Part shown: one piece after another, positions 27,220-38,969 of the stretch
Numbering within the stretch: the first letter of the stretch is position 1
Layout: the number at the start of each line of letters is the position of its first letter
NCBI RefSeq assembly: GCF_964355755.1
Contig: NC_092679.1
Span: 19,389,432 to 19,453,431 of the forward strand
Direction: 5' to 3'
From: Antedon mediterranea
Taxonomy: Eukaryota > Animalia > Echinodermata
Length of the DNA stretch: 64,000 nucleotides
Notes under the pieces: generated by a model
What the model was told of the DNA's origin: nothing
The model's database searches: none
The model's input: the letters and a program-made list of their open reading frames with translations, nothing else
Made by a program: the position numbers and the translations under genes

Positions 27220-27408
27220 GTTCCAAGACTTGAGCGACCTTTTATCGATTCAGACCACAAGTTATGTTCATACAGCCGCGTAGAATGGAAATCAATTCAA
27301 TTGAACGACTGTGATCCCGGTGTGAACAGGACCTATTCGTTTATGAACGCAAAAGCCTGCCAATGTAGATATTGCAATAGTGCATACACGAACTGTCTTG
27401 GAGTTTAG
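27220..27408 (+). CDS. GPB5: GPB gene A, coding exon 2 (Cys5-10); 129-aa precursor in total
   Basis: Long pyrimidine tract and tacag acceptor; VPRLERPFIDSDHKLCSY...LNDCDPGVNRTYSFMNAKACQCRYCNSAYTNC keeps the GPB5 10-Cys spacing; N-glycosylation sequon NRT. Confidence 0.92.
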   Translation, partial: VPRLERPFIDSDHKLCSYSRVEWKSIQLNDCDPGVNRTYSFMNAKACQCRYCNSAYTNCLGV

Positions 27409-29783
27409 GTTAATTCAAATAATTTTGTATTTATATTATTAATTAGCTAATAATGCAATATGTAAAATATATACTAAATTACTGGCGCAAGTATAATTCC
27501 CCTCAAATTGTGGAGTAATGATATGATCATTTGATGATCGTACTTGTTGGTTGACTCAATACATAATTGGTCCTCGGATGTAATCCCATCTTGATCAAGT
27601 GGTAGGCTTAAGCTTAGTTCCCACTAGGACGCACCCCATGGATGTAAGCGCAACGCAGGTAATTTGACCAATTACAAGCAATAGATTATCCAAACTGTCG
27701 CTTTGTCATTGGTCAACTCAATCAACAACAAAACCGGTTTAACAAACAGGCAGACAGACATTGAAAGACAGTATGAGGGTTCTATTTATATAGAATATAT
27801 ATTACAGTACGTTTGTTACTATTAATGTCGGTGTAGGTGTTGTCACGATTGGGATTCTGTTCTTACAGTTGGTACATTCTAGAATTAGACAGTAGTGGAT
27901 AGGGAAGAATTCCCATCATATGGGCTAGGATGATAGAGATTTATACTATTTACCATATAAATGTTATATTGTTTTCTGTTGTATATATTAATTATGATAA
28001 CATTTTTGTTGTCTTGTGTGAGTTCTTCTCACGTTTATTTAAATTCTCATTGATGAATATATTATATACATATAAGTACATTTGTGACAATTAAAAGTAA
28101 TTTTAATTATGATAACAATCATAATAATAATAATACTATTTCAAATTTTAAAAAAATTATAAGGTATGCTTAATTTATTTATCATCAACTATTGGCAAAC
28201 ATTGTACATATTAGTAAAGGTATCGTTGATTCTCAATGACATCTTACAATGTAATGCATTACGTTAGTGCTGATGGTGTTTATCTTGTGTAGGCCTACTA
28301 TTGTTTAGTATATTTTGAAATAAACTGACCACTCATTTACAATTAGCTCTTACTCCTAGTGAACGAGTTTTTCCTTTTAGTAATATTATTTATCTTTATG
28401 GCGGTTTTTTTTTGTTTGTCTAAAAATAGTATACAGCGTTGTTTACAATTAATTTTCCAATTTTATGTTTTAACCAAATTCCAAAAAGAGAAAGATTTGT
28501 ACATGATTTCTATATTAATCAAGAAATACGTATAAATGTATTTTAGACCAACACTTTCCATTTCTAACTCAGCCTTATATTAATATCTTTGTTTCTTTGC
28601 CCGAGGGATTTTCAGTACACGTAGGCTGTATATAGTAATTAACAAAATAGGCCCATATCAAGGTTTACGCTTGGTAAACTTACATACAAGGTCTTTTATC
28701 TTTCACAAATCAACAAAATACAATAATCATATCAACCAACACACACCCACGTGTTGTTTTGTTTCTTTCATATTTTAAAATAAATCAAAAATATTTCACA
28801 TTTGCACAACATTGAAACGATGGCCTTCTTCTGATTTTTAAAAAATTATTATTCACATACCAATTGGTTTCTTACTTTTTAAAAATAGTATTATATATTT
28901 GGGGTTTACTATATATCACGGCGAACAAAGGCAGTCTGCGTAACGCGTACATACGACGTTGCGCGTATTCTTCAATGTGTGTCACTAACAACGTCAGCCT
29001 GATGTGTTGCTTTCTTGTCAATCATTTTAAAACAAAATGACAACAGTCGATACAATTCAGTAACATTCTAGACTAGTCTGCAAAAAAAACTGCATCGCAG
29101 TAACTTTCTGACCTAATGCCGTTTAATTATAGACATGTCGACGTCTATCTCAACCAACCTACACAATGTAATATATTAGTAAAGCCTACATCAGACTGAT
29201 CGAAGGATAGATGATGCTCACAAATTGACATCTGCGGCAATCCAATCCAATGAGCTATGATTAATACTTAATATATTAAAAATTTCACTTTGAAAAAAAG
29301 ATTCACCTGCTCTGGTTGCTACAGAGGTGGGAGTCATTTATCTAATCATTTATTTATATCATGACAACCAAATTCAGATAATAATAATAATTATGAGCTA
29401 TAACAATTCTCTCTCTGATTAACCTTAGCCTAGTTTAGATCCTGGTAGTAGTAGAAAAGAAAATAATTATACTTAACTATTTCTAATTTAGTGTTAATTA
29501 GAGTGGGGTTGAGTTAATTCTTATCCTGTACAATTTTAAAAATATACATCCGGTTTAACCTATATATGCTAATAAAACAAGCATTGTCATTCTATTCCAT
29601 TCATTCATGCCAAAAGAGAGTGGAATAGTATTGTTTACGTTGAAAATATATTTATTTATTTGAATTTACACCTTTAGATCGGTGGCACATTTATAGCACT
29701 AAGGTGAATCCTTTAAAATAACAATATAACATATAAAATACAATAGACAAAAAAATGCATTTTTACATACAGAAAAGTGTATA

Positions 29784-32700
29784 CTCTAGTAGCTAGATCA
29801 ACTTTCGTATGCACTTTGAGGTCCAGAGAATTTGACTTCAGAAATTGGTTTAGGGTGGTCAAACAATCATTTTTGGCTTGGTTACACATTTTGAAAATGT
29901 GGCGAAAGGTCAAAAGGTCAGGGTGAAAGGTTATAATACCAAACACCAATAGGTCCTTAAATCTCGACAACCACTGGTCACACCAAGGTAATTTTTGTCT
30001 CAAATTGATCGGAAGGTATACATTTATATTCAGTCTAATGGGACAATTTAGTCAAAAATGACCGGAAATGCCATTTCTGACCTTTGACCCACTACAGAGG
30101 GCATGTATGTATCTCCGTAAGTACTGGTCGTAGACACTTGAATTAGGTCCTAAAATGTTCGCAATATACATTTATTTATTTGTTGCACATTTTGAAAAAT
30201 GTTACAAAAGGTCAAAGGGTCAGGGTCAAAGGTTATATGAACAAACACAAATAGGTACTTGTATCTTGGCAACCACTGGTCGCAGCAAGTCAATTTTAGT
30301 CTCAAAATGTTGAGAAGGCATGTATTCATATTCAGTCTAATGAGACATTTTAGTGAAAAATGATCAAAAATGCCATTTCTGACCTTTGACCCACATACCA
30401 GGGCATCTTAATATCTCTGTAAGTACTGGTCGTAGAAACTTAAATTTGGTATCAAATTGTTGGAAATATACATATTTACATTCATTCTAACAGAAAAATT
30501 GGTGAAAAGATGATCAGAAATACTATTAATTACTACATACCTCTACACAACTTATTCTTAAATAAATGGTATGCAATAACTGATGCTTTAAATGGTTTCA
30601 TTATAGGAATTACAACAAATCCTTTACTGTTTGTAATTATACTTTTGCTTATAATAATGCTAGAAAATATTGTTTTTGGTGTAATATGGTAAAAATATAT
30701 GTATATCAAATAAATACACCCTAGATATAAAACAAGGCCATATAGATGGCTGCAGTCGCGTGCTCAAGTGAGTGTTTACCGACCGACCAACCGACCGACG
30801 GACATAGTGAGCTGTAGAGTCGCGACGCGACTAAAAGTACAACACAATTAATATTGTAATAAGAATAACTGGATGAAACCTCCTTCATCCGGGTGCAAGT
30901 ACAATCATGATATTGAAAAGGTATCGGAGACAACTATAATAGACCAATTCATTGTCATCATTCTGTTGTATAATATTTTTTAATGTCACAGACAAATTAT
31001 GCATAATTTATACACGTCTGTTCCCAGTGTACATAATAAAACAATATTTCTGGAGATTTATTATCAATACCACTAGAAACTTAGGTTTTTTTTATTTTTT
31101 AAGTACTAAATGCATTGACAATAAAAGCATCAGAAGTGTATTTTAAAATCATGATAAAATCATACTACAATACACTACAGTACACAAGGGTGTTTTCAGG
31201 AAAGCTGGACATATTGAAACTATGTATTGGCATATATGCAAAAGACGTGTTGATTGTTGACAAGTTGTAGTTACAAACAAAACAGATGACAAATTGTGTA
31301 ATCGTGTCTCATATAGTGTCTCAGGATAATGATGTGTCATTGTTTTATATCATTATATACTGGCACCTGGAGAGGATTCGTTAAATGGAGCCTGTGACAG
31401 TGTCACTTTTATTCTAAAAGACAGAAACATTTTAAATAAACGCTCACCCCTCCCTTCGATTTAAGCGCCCCGCCACAAGCATATACACAACAAGGCCATA
31501 TACATGGCTGCAGTCGCGTGCTCAAATTTTTGTTAGTGTTTACCGACCAACATAGTGAGCTGTAGAGTTGCGTTGCATGCGACTAATAATTGTATCACAA
31601 CACATTTCAATGACTACCATAATCTACAATTTACCAAGCATTTTTGTATCACTTTTTGATAATAATTAATTATAACATGCCATATTACACCAATAAAAAA
31701 CGAAAAATCCCTTCTGAACAATAAATGCACGGGGCGTTTATTAGGATGAATTCGGTAAGTTACTTTAGCATTCTGAAAAGAATTCTGTTGGGCTCGACGT
31801 TTCTATCAAAATGTTTGATCATCCTCGGGGGTCAAAAATACTTTCTAGCATTATTATAAGCAAAAATACAATTACAAACAGTAAAGGATTTGTTTTAAAT
31901 CGTATAATGAAACAATTTAAAGCATAAGTTATTGCAAAACATTACTGTACAAGAATAAGTTGTGTAGAGATATGTTATTCGTTTGAAACAATAACATTAG
32001 TAATTAATAGTATTTCTGGTCATCTTTTAACCAAATTTTCTATTAGAATGAATGTAAATATGTATATTTCGATCAATTTGATACCAAATTTAAGTTTCTA
32101 CAACCAGTACTTACAGAGATATGAAGATGCCCTGTCAGAATAAGTTGTGTAGAGGTATGTTTTTTGTTTGAAACATTAGTAATTAATAGTATTTCTGATC
32201 ATCTTTTCACCAAATTTTCTGTTAGAATGAATGTAAATATGTATATTTCCAACAATTTGATACCAAATTTAAGTTTCTACGACCAGTACTTACAGAGGTA
32301 TGAAGATGCTCTGGTATGTGGGTCAAAGGTCAGAAAGGGCATTTCTGATCATTTTTGACTAAAATTCCCCATTAGACTGAATATGAATGCATGCCTTCTG
32401 AACATTTTGAGACCAACATTGACTTGCTGCGACCAGTGGTTGCCAAGATACAAGTAGCTATTTATATTTCTTCATATAACCCTTGACCCTGACTCTTTGA
32501 CCTTTTGTAACATTTTTCAAAATGTGTAACAAATAACAAAATCTATATTTCGAACAGTTTAAGACCAAATTCAAGTGTCTACGACCAGTAGTTACGGAGA
32601 TACATACATGCCCTGGGTTTTGGGTCAAAGGTCAGAAATGGCATTTCCGGTCATTTTTTACTAAAATGTCCCATTAGACTGAATATAAATGTATACCTTC

Positions 32701-32928
32701 TGATCAATTTGAGACCAAAATTACCTTGCTGTGACCAGTGGTTGTCGAGATTTAAGGACATGTTGGTGTTTGGTGTTATAACCTTTCACCCTGACCTTTT
32801 GACCTTTCGCCACATTTTCAAAATGTGTAACCAAGCCAAAATTGATTGTTTGACCACCCTAAACCAATTTCTGAAGTCAAATTCTCTGGACCTCAACGTG
32901 CATACGAAAGTTGATCTAGCTACTAGAG
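29784..32928. mobile_element. 3.1-kb foldback-type non-autonomous DNA transposon with ~0.9-1.1 kb inverted arms
   Basis: TA|CTCTAGTAGCTAGATCAACTTTCGTATGCAC ... GTGCATACGAAAGTTGATCTAGCTACTAGAG|TA; arms 29784-~30678 and ~31833-32928; ~300-bp subrepeats within the arms; no transposase ORF in the spacer. Confidence 0.88.
30730..30836. mobile_element. Short interspersed element with (CCGA)n microsatellite and terminal stem-loop, HINE/DINE-1 (Helentron-associated)-like (representative copy)
   Basis: AACAAGGCCATATA.ATGGCTGCAGTCGCGTGCTCAA...(CCGA)n...GTCGCG..CGCGACTAAAA; copies at ~17690, 31489, 35901, 39925, 43319, 44176, 46791 and 57410. The repeat is directly visible; the Helentron class is inference. 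Confidence 0.7.
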
Positions 32929-33074
32929 TAGTAAGGCAAAAGAAAGAAGATAAAACCAATTTATATGAAAACATAACATATTTCTTAAATAATTTATTTA
33001 ATCTATTTTTTACTTCTTTAGTTCTAAACATGTTAAACTTATGTGTTAGAGAAAAGATATTAGTTTAATTGTTG

Positions 33075-33232
33075 TTTTTTTGGAGTTTCTAATTGTGTTA
33101 TATTATTTATATTTAATTTGTTTTGTTTTGAGGAGCCTATTCACCACAAGCTTTGCTTTCTTTTAGGCTCTTCCACTTTATATTTATATATTTGTAAAGT
33201 GAAATAAATAAATGAAAGGAAATGAAATGAAA
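33075..33232 (+). mobile_element. LINE-like 3' end
   Basis: Stem-loop gaggagccta...taggctcttc followed by AATAAATAAA and a (GAAAT)n tail. Confidence 0.45.
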
Positions 33233-36030
33233 CATACTAAAACAACACAACGGGATTTTGTTTATTAATAAAAGCACCATTCAGCCAACAAATGGCTTGT
33301 CGAAAAGAGTTGATACAACTTATTTGAAAAAGTGGCAATGTACTGTATAATGTATAATAGATGAAAGGTTGTAGTCAGGACCTAATTCCGTACGAGTATC
33401 GGGTGAACTAAAACCGCTTTGAAAAAAATATTCACTACAATGTTGTGCCTAGCCTGTGTTCCAGACTTAATATTAGTAAAAAGATAAATATTTTGGCATA
33501 TATGGCGTTTCATACATAAACTACTCGAACTTCTATTTCAGACAAGCATCGAAAAGCCTCGAAATCGCTAAAGACTTGGGGCAAGTTGTACCCTTCTTCA
33601 AATACTAGGGTTTCATTAACTTACTTTAAATTATAGTCCTCGTGTACGACACGAAAGTTACACGCGTGTCAATTGTAAATAATTGTTCAGTATACTAATC
33701 ATTCCTTAGTTTTTACCAAACCTGTTTGTTTTTTTCTTTCCTTAATTATGCTGATAAATCATCCACCAATCAGTAAAAACTCTTAATATCGCTTTTGAAG
33801 CAAGGGCCTAAGGCCTAAACTAAAATAAAAAAGGACATTTAAAAACATTTTAGCAAATTTTCCGTTCTGTAACGAACAACATGTTTCAAGATTGCAAATA
33901 ATATGATATATGGCGATATACGATTTCTATATTTGGTAAATATATATATATATATATACTGTATTTGTTTTCAATCTTTCTACATAACTACATAGATTTA
34001 TGGGAGTGCAGAGAAAAAAGTTACAAATAGAGAATCTCCTAAAGAAAACTGACAAAATTGACAAATACAATTAAAAAAAAAGGAAAAACATTTAAAATAA
34101 TATTTTATGTTTATGATCATCGTCAAGAGATAAAAATGTTGATAATATTATATTAGGCCTAACAGTCGCCATATATAAGTTATAGAAATAGAATAGTTAT
34201 TCCATAATATACTCGTATTTAATTTGTTCTACTGTCAACTCCCCTTCATCCACATATCTTATTGCATGCCTTTTAAAACACTGACACAAAGTAAGCTTAT
34301 TTTCTGACTTAAAATAATAATAAAATAATAACACGAAATAATGTTTTGATAAATCGTTTCTGTAAAAATTAAACATACTGTGCTTTTAAAAACATGTATA
34401 TTCCGTATTTTATTCGAATCTTTCCCATCATCCATACTTTTTCTATTTCATGACATAGATCACTAATGTAGAACACTAGATCCCAGTTTGTATCAATTGG
34501 GGTTTTAGGCTGAGAATATTTTTTTTTTACCTTCTCAATAGATTTAATATTATCTCTGCCAAATGACTAAAACTATTTAAATCATGCCGAGTATTTTTTC
34601 CGCAATCTAACCTGCTTAACGAGATTATTTAACGTGATTTATTTATGTCGTCATAACATCGTTCTTTAGTTAAAAAATCAAATAACCTGGCAACGAACCC
34701 ATTTAACTTTTTTCTAAATGCTAACATTACCATAGAAACTGGAACACGCTAGTGCCACGTCTTCTGGTGAGCGCAATGACGTCAGCTTTTACATTATCTT
34801 CTACACCCCTGACAGGTATCGAAGTCAATTGAACTTCATGCATCAAATTAAAGTAAATGCGAAATTTCGAACTCTCTCTAAATGCTACTCCGCTAAGTCC
34901 GCAAACTAATCAGTTTACGGGAATTATATTGATATAGACGTCAGTCGTATTTCATTGACTGTCTTATTGTTTTTATTGGTAGAAATGATCTGAATAATCA
35001 TATCATATAATGTAATTATTTTGATTGACTAAATGGGGAAATCGTTGTAGTAAGACTAACTCAGTCGCCAGTTGGTCGTCATGTATGTTGCAACTCAGGA
35101 ACGGGTAATCAGAAGGTGATACCAAAAGATGCATTGGAATTATTAATATGTTTCAATTAAATGGACAAGACATAGTGGCGTATTTAGGATTTGGAAAGAA
35201 GTGGGTGTTCTTGAAGAACAGGTGTGATTGTCGGTGTTCAATGCGGAACAGCTTTCCCCTTCTCTGGACATATTTTTTATTTTCGGTTCGTTGGTATTTC
35301 CCATCATTATATTATACAGTAAAATATCTATTTTAAGAACACCTCGACATTCTGATCAAAAAGAGGTAACTTTCCCTGACACGAACGAGGGGAATATACG
35401 TTTTAACACTACCGCCAACCCCATTCAGGAGAAACTTTGTTCCCAAATTTGTCCCATCAATAGGGGTCTATAAATTGCAATGTATCATACAATCTATACA
35501 TACAATCTTAAATAATGTAATTTATGATACTGTATTGCTTTCCATTTTGTTAAAACCATTTTTTTTTCTCTCAAGAGGCTATTCTATTTTTCTCGTGACA
35601 AAAATATATAATCTATAAATCAATCATCATGTCTTTTCAGAATCTTGTATCGTTATATAACCGATGCGTTACTCTACTTAGCCACTGTTATTAAAATCTT
35701 CTTTAATCCATCCATTCACTTATTAAAATAGAATACTTGAGTATTTACTACGACTAATAATAATAATGCGTATAATGCCTGATTAGGCAAATATGTTCAA
35801 TTTATATAATGCGTTTTAAACAGAAAGAACATTAACAATCATTATGCTTTTTTAAATATTATGCCAATGGGACTAACGTTGAGCCCAGAGCAGTGTTGTA
35901 TTTTTAGTCGCGTACAACGCGACTCTACAGCTCACTATGTCGGTCGGTTGGTCGGTAAACACTAACTTGAGCACGCGACTGCAGCCCCTATGGCCTTGTT
36001 TACATACTCTCCTCTCCTACTAACTTAGGG

Positions 36031-36215
36031 TAAGTCCCGTATACATTTCTGAACGGAGAGGAATGAGCTGTTAGGAGCTCGGTTTACTAATACGCGGCCT
36101 TATCCCCCCAACTCATTTACATTTACAGCTGAGTAAACTGGGAGTTGTCGGGAATTGTACCCCGGTCTCTCTCTGTATGAAATTCAAGTGTCCTAACTAC
36201 TCGGCTACCCAACTG
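36031..36215 (-). mobile_element. tRNA-derived SINE, degenerate
   Basis: Minus strand: A-box-like GGTAGCCGAGTAGTTAGG, B-box-like GGGTACAATTCCC, then CCCAGTTTACTCAGCTGTAAATG resembling conserved central domains of invertebrate SINEs. Confidence 0.55.
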
Positions 36216-36617
36216 ATATCAACGTAATACGACAGAAAAAAATGATTAATTAGCTATTAACTGATGGTGCCACCAAGCAACATTATTAGAGTACTGATAT
36301 TGCTGTTGTATAAAAAAGATGATACGATAAAACGTCACACTATGACGTCACTTTAATCAAACCCACAGATTGTAATGCGTCATTTGTGTATAGAGGGCGA
36401 TATCAACTCTCATTTTGAAATGAGGAAAGCCAGGAAATAGTCTGCTACCGTTCAAATGATTGTGAGAGCAATTGAGTAGAATTTATAGAAAAGCAATTTT
36501 CACTTTTCACAAAACTTGTGATTACTGAATAAACTGTCCTAAAGCGCCAGCACAAGTTATATTTTACCAGGCTATTCATTTATTTCGTGTGAATCTTCGT
36601 TTCGTAAAAATTGTTTT

Positions 36618-37240
36618 ACTGATATACTGCCCTCTATTACTATTATGCTAATTACGAAGCGATTCGAAAGCGCCACCAACTGCTAATACTAAGCAAACTT
36701 GGATTTATAGGTTACTTACGATTTATTTCGTGTTGGTGTGAATCAGGTATAAATAACATTGTGGAATGTGCGTATAGTAATATACTACTGTTGACTGATA
36801 TACTGCCCTCTATTACTATTATGTTAATTAATGAGTGGATATTCGAAAGCGCCACCAACTGCTAATACTAAGCAAACTTGTTTTGTTTCACCAAGCTGGT
36901 TACTTAAGATTTATTTCATGATGGTTTGAATCAGGTATAAATAACATTGTGGAATGTGCGTTTTGCCATCTACTACTGTTGACTGATATACTGCCCTCTA
37001 TATTACTATTCTGCTGATTACTGATTAAACCGAAAGCGCCACCAACTGCTAATACTAAGCAAACTTGTTTTGTTTCACCAAGCTGGTTACTTACGATTTA
37101 TTTCGTGTTAGAAAATTGTGAAATGTGCGTATAGTACTGTATAATCTACAAGTTGACAGATGTACTGCCCTCTATTACTGTTAATGTTAATAACTGCGTG
37201 AATTCGAAAGCGCCACCAACTGCTACTATTGAGCAAAACT
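36618..37240. repeat. Tandem array of ~180-bp units (three full, one partial)
   Basis: Units start at 36618, 36794, 36982 and 37156; invariant blocks ACTGCCCTCTAT and CGAAAGCGCCACCAACTGCTA. Confidence 0.9.
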
Positions 37241-38533
37241 TTACCAAAGAGAACACAGCAATGCTATCACCTGGCACTAGTTACTAACAATTGATTATAA
37301 TGTGCACGCAATTCAGAGCTCTTGTAAAAAAAATCGGATTCATTGAGAAATCAATCAATCAAGTCCAATACTGCCATTTATGGAGTGGGCAGAAAATGAA
37401 AGATAAAACAATGACCTTCTGAAATGTATATTCGTTTATTTTACAAATGTTCTTTTCGAATAATAACTATCATATACCACCGTGATTGTCTCTTCATTCT
37501 TATGCTCTCTTACTTTACTTTTTTTTCAATTTTTGTTTCCTATTGCCTCACTTCATAATTCTTTATCTGGACATATCGTTATTACTTAATCGCCCTATAT
37601 CAGAGTTGTGAAACGAAATAAATTTAAATTAACCGTATACTACTTAAAATACCCATGTTCGTAACAACGTGTTTTCTATCGGTATTTTACACATTAAATT
37701 TGTTTATATTTTACTACTATAGGCCTATTTAACATAGATTTCATCAAACACTGTAAATGGAATGATAGATTGAATGAATAAATTGAGATATTAGGCTAAG
37801 ACTTTAAAACACAACGTTTGTCTCGTTAACCCAACTAAACCTTACATCGTAACGGTGTCATTGATATAATAATGAATTAATTAAATTACTAATACATTTT
37901 GTATGCCTTAATGTCACCGACGCAGTTATAGTGTTCGGTAGTTCAGCATAAACTAGGTTTGTAATAAATAACGGAACTATTCTTCAGATTTATGTGTAAT
38001 GAATCTATTTCCATAATAACTTATAGGGTTAAGAATAGATTGGTTTTTAACAATTAAGCTTGTAACATTATATAAAAGGCACCTGTAGAACGCCATAATA
38101 ATTTATCATTTTGTTTATTTATCATCATTTGTCATCTTACTAGTGTGTTCATACTAGAGATCAGAGCGGTTTGTAAATTCGTTACGATGTGATATTTATC
38201 ATATAGAAATACCGGAAAACTGCCTTCCTTTATTTCCTAATTATTTCACTCACGTCAAACTGAACTCATTTTAAGAGGTTTTTCTTTAGTGTGAATGGTT
38301 TTTAAACCAAGAAAGTTTCTTGCAAGTTTCGTCAACACACACAAAGAACAAAATAATATTTAAAGTTGGTCCTATTCAATTGCACTCTTACACACAATCC
38401 AATTAAAGGACTCATGCCTTCATATATTACATTTTAAATCTAGTTTAAACCCATGAATTACAAAAATATTCTCCGATAGTCAACTTAAAATACATAATTG
38501 TATAATTTAACAGTGATGATGACATAGGCCTAA

Positions 38534-38746
38534 TTAGCGCATTAGTTCAGCGTCGCGGTATTTATAACTCGTTCGTATTGACCTCGGTTGACCGCAACGA
38601 CATTCAAATTTATCTTCATGCGTATAGTTTGTTTTCACTCCTTTACCACACTTCATCTGGTAGTTTTTCTTCAATGGTACTTCCCTGATAGTTAGCTGAC
38701 ATAGCTGATGACTCGATTTCACGTAAGGGGCTTCTATATGTGGCTC
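38534..38746 (-). CDS. GPB-like gene B, coding exon 2 (Cys5-8 only)
   Basis: Acceptor ttttttctttacag; EPHIEAPYVKSSHQLC...MKCGKGVKTNYTHEDKFECRCGQPRSIRTSYKYRDAELMR*; P-x-I-E-x-P-Y...H-x-x-C is the GPB5 exon-2 signature; joins exon 1 in frame across a 5784-bp intron. Confidence 0.82.
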   Translation of the reverse strand, partial: EPHIEAPYVKSSHQLCQLTIREVPLKKNYQMKCGKGVKTNYTHEDKFECRCGQPRSIRTSYKYRDAELMR

Positions 38747-38799
38747 CTGTAAAGAAAAAAAAGAATAAATTATATATGGTCACATCTGTTGTATATAAT

Positions 38800-38969
38800 G
38801 TAGTCTGGGTTCCAGACGGAGTTTTGTCTTAATATTAGTAAAAAGATAAATATTTTGGCACATATGGCGTTTCATACGTATACTACTTGATTTTGATTTT
38901 CAGACAAAAATCGCGGTCGCAATAAAAACAAATAAATAAAAAAGACGATACAGACTTGGGGCAAGTCTA
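38800..38969. repeat. Unclassified interspersed repeat family (representative copy)
   Basis: TTCCAGAC...TAGTAAAAAGATAAATATTTTGGCACATATGGCGTTTCATAC...AGACTTGGGGCAAGTC also at ~33449, 56165 and 58790. Confidence 0.75.

Noticed and set aside
29713-33068. Pair of similar ORFs (29713-30003 minus, 32709-33068 plus) suggesting duplicated genes
   Set aside because: They are the two arms of the foldback element, with non-ATG starts and no transposase motifs.
36130-36215. tRNA gene
   Set aside because: Only degenerate A/B boxes, no cloverleaf, and it continues into a SINE-like body.
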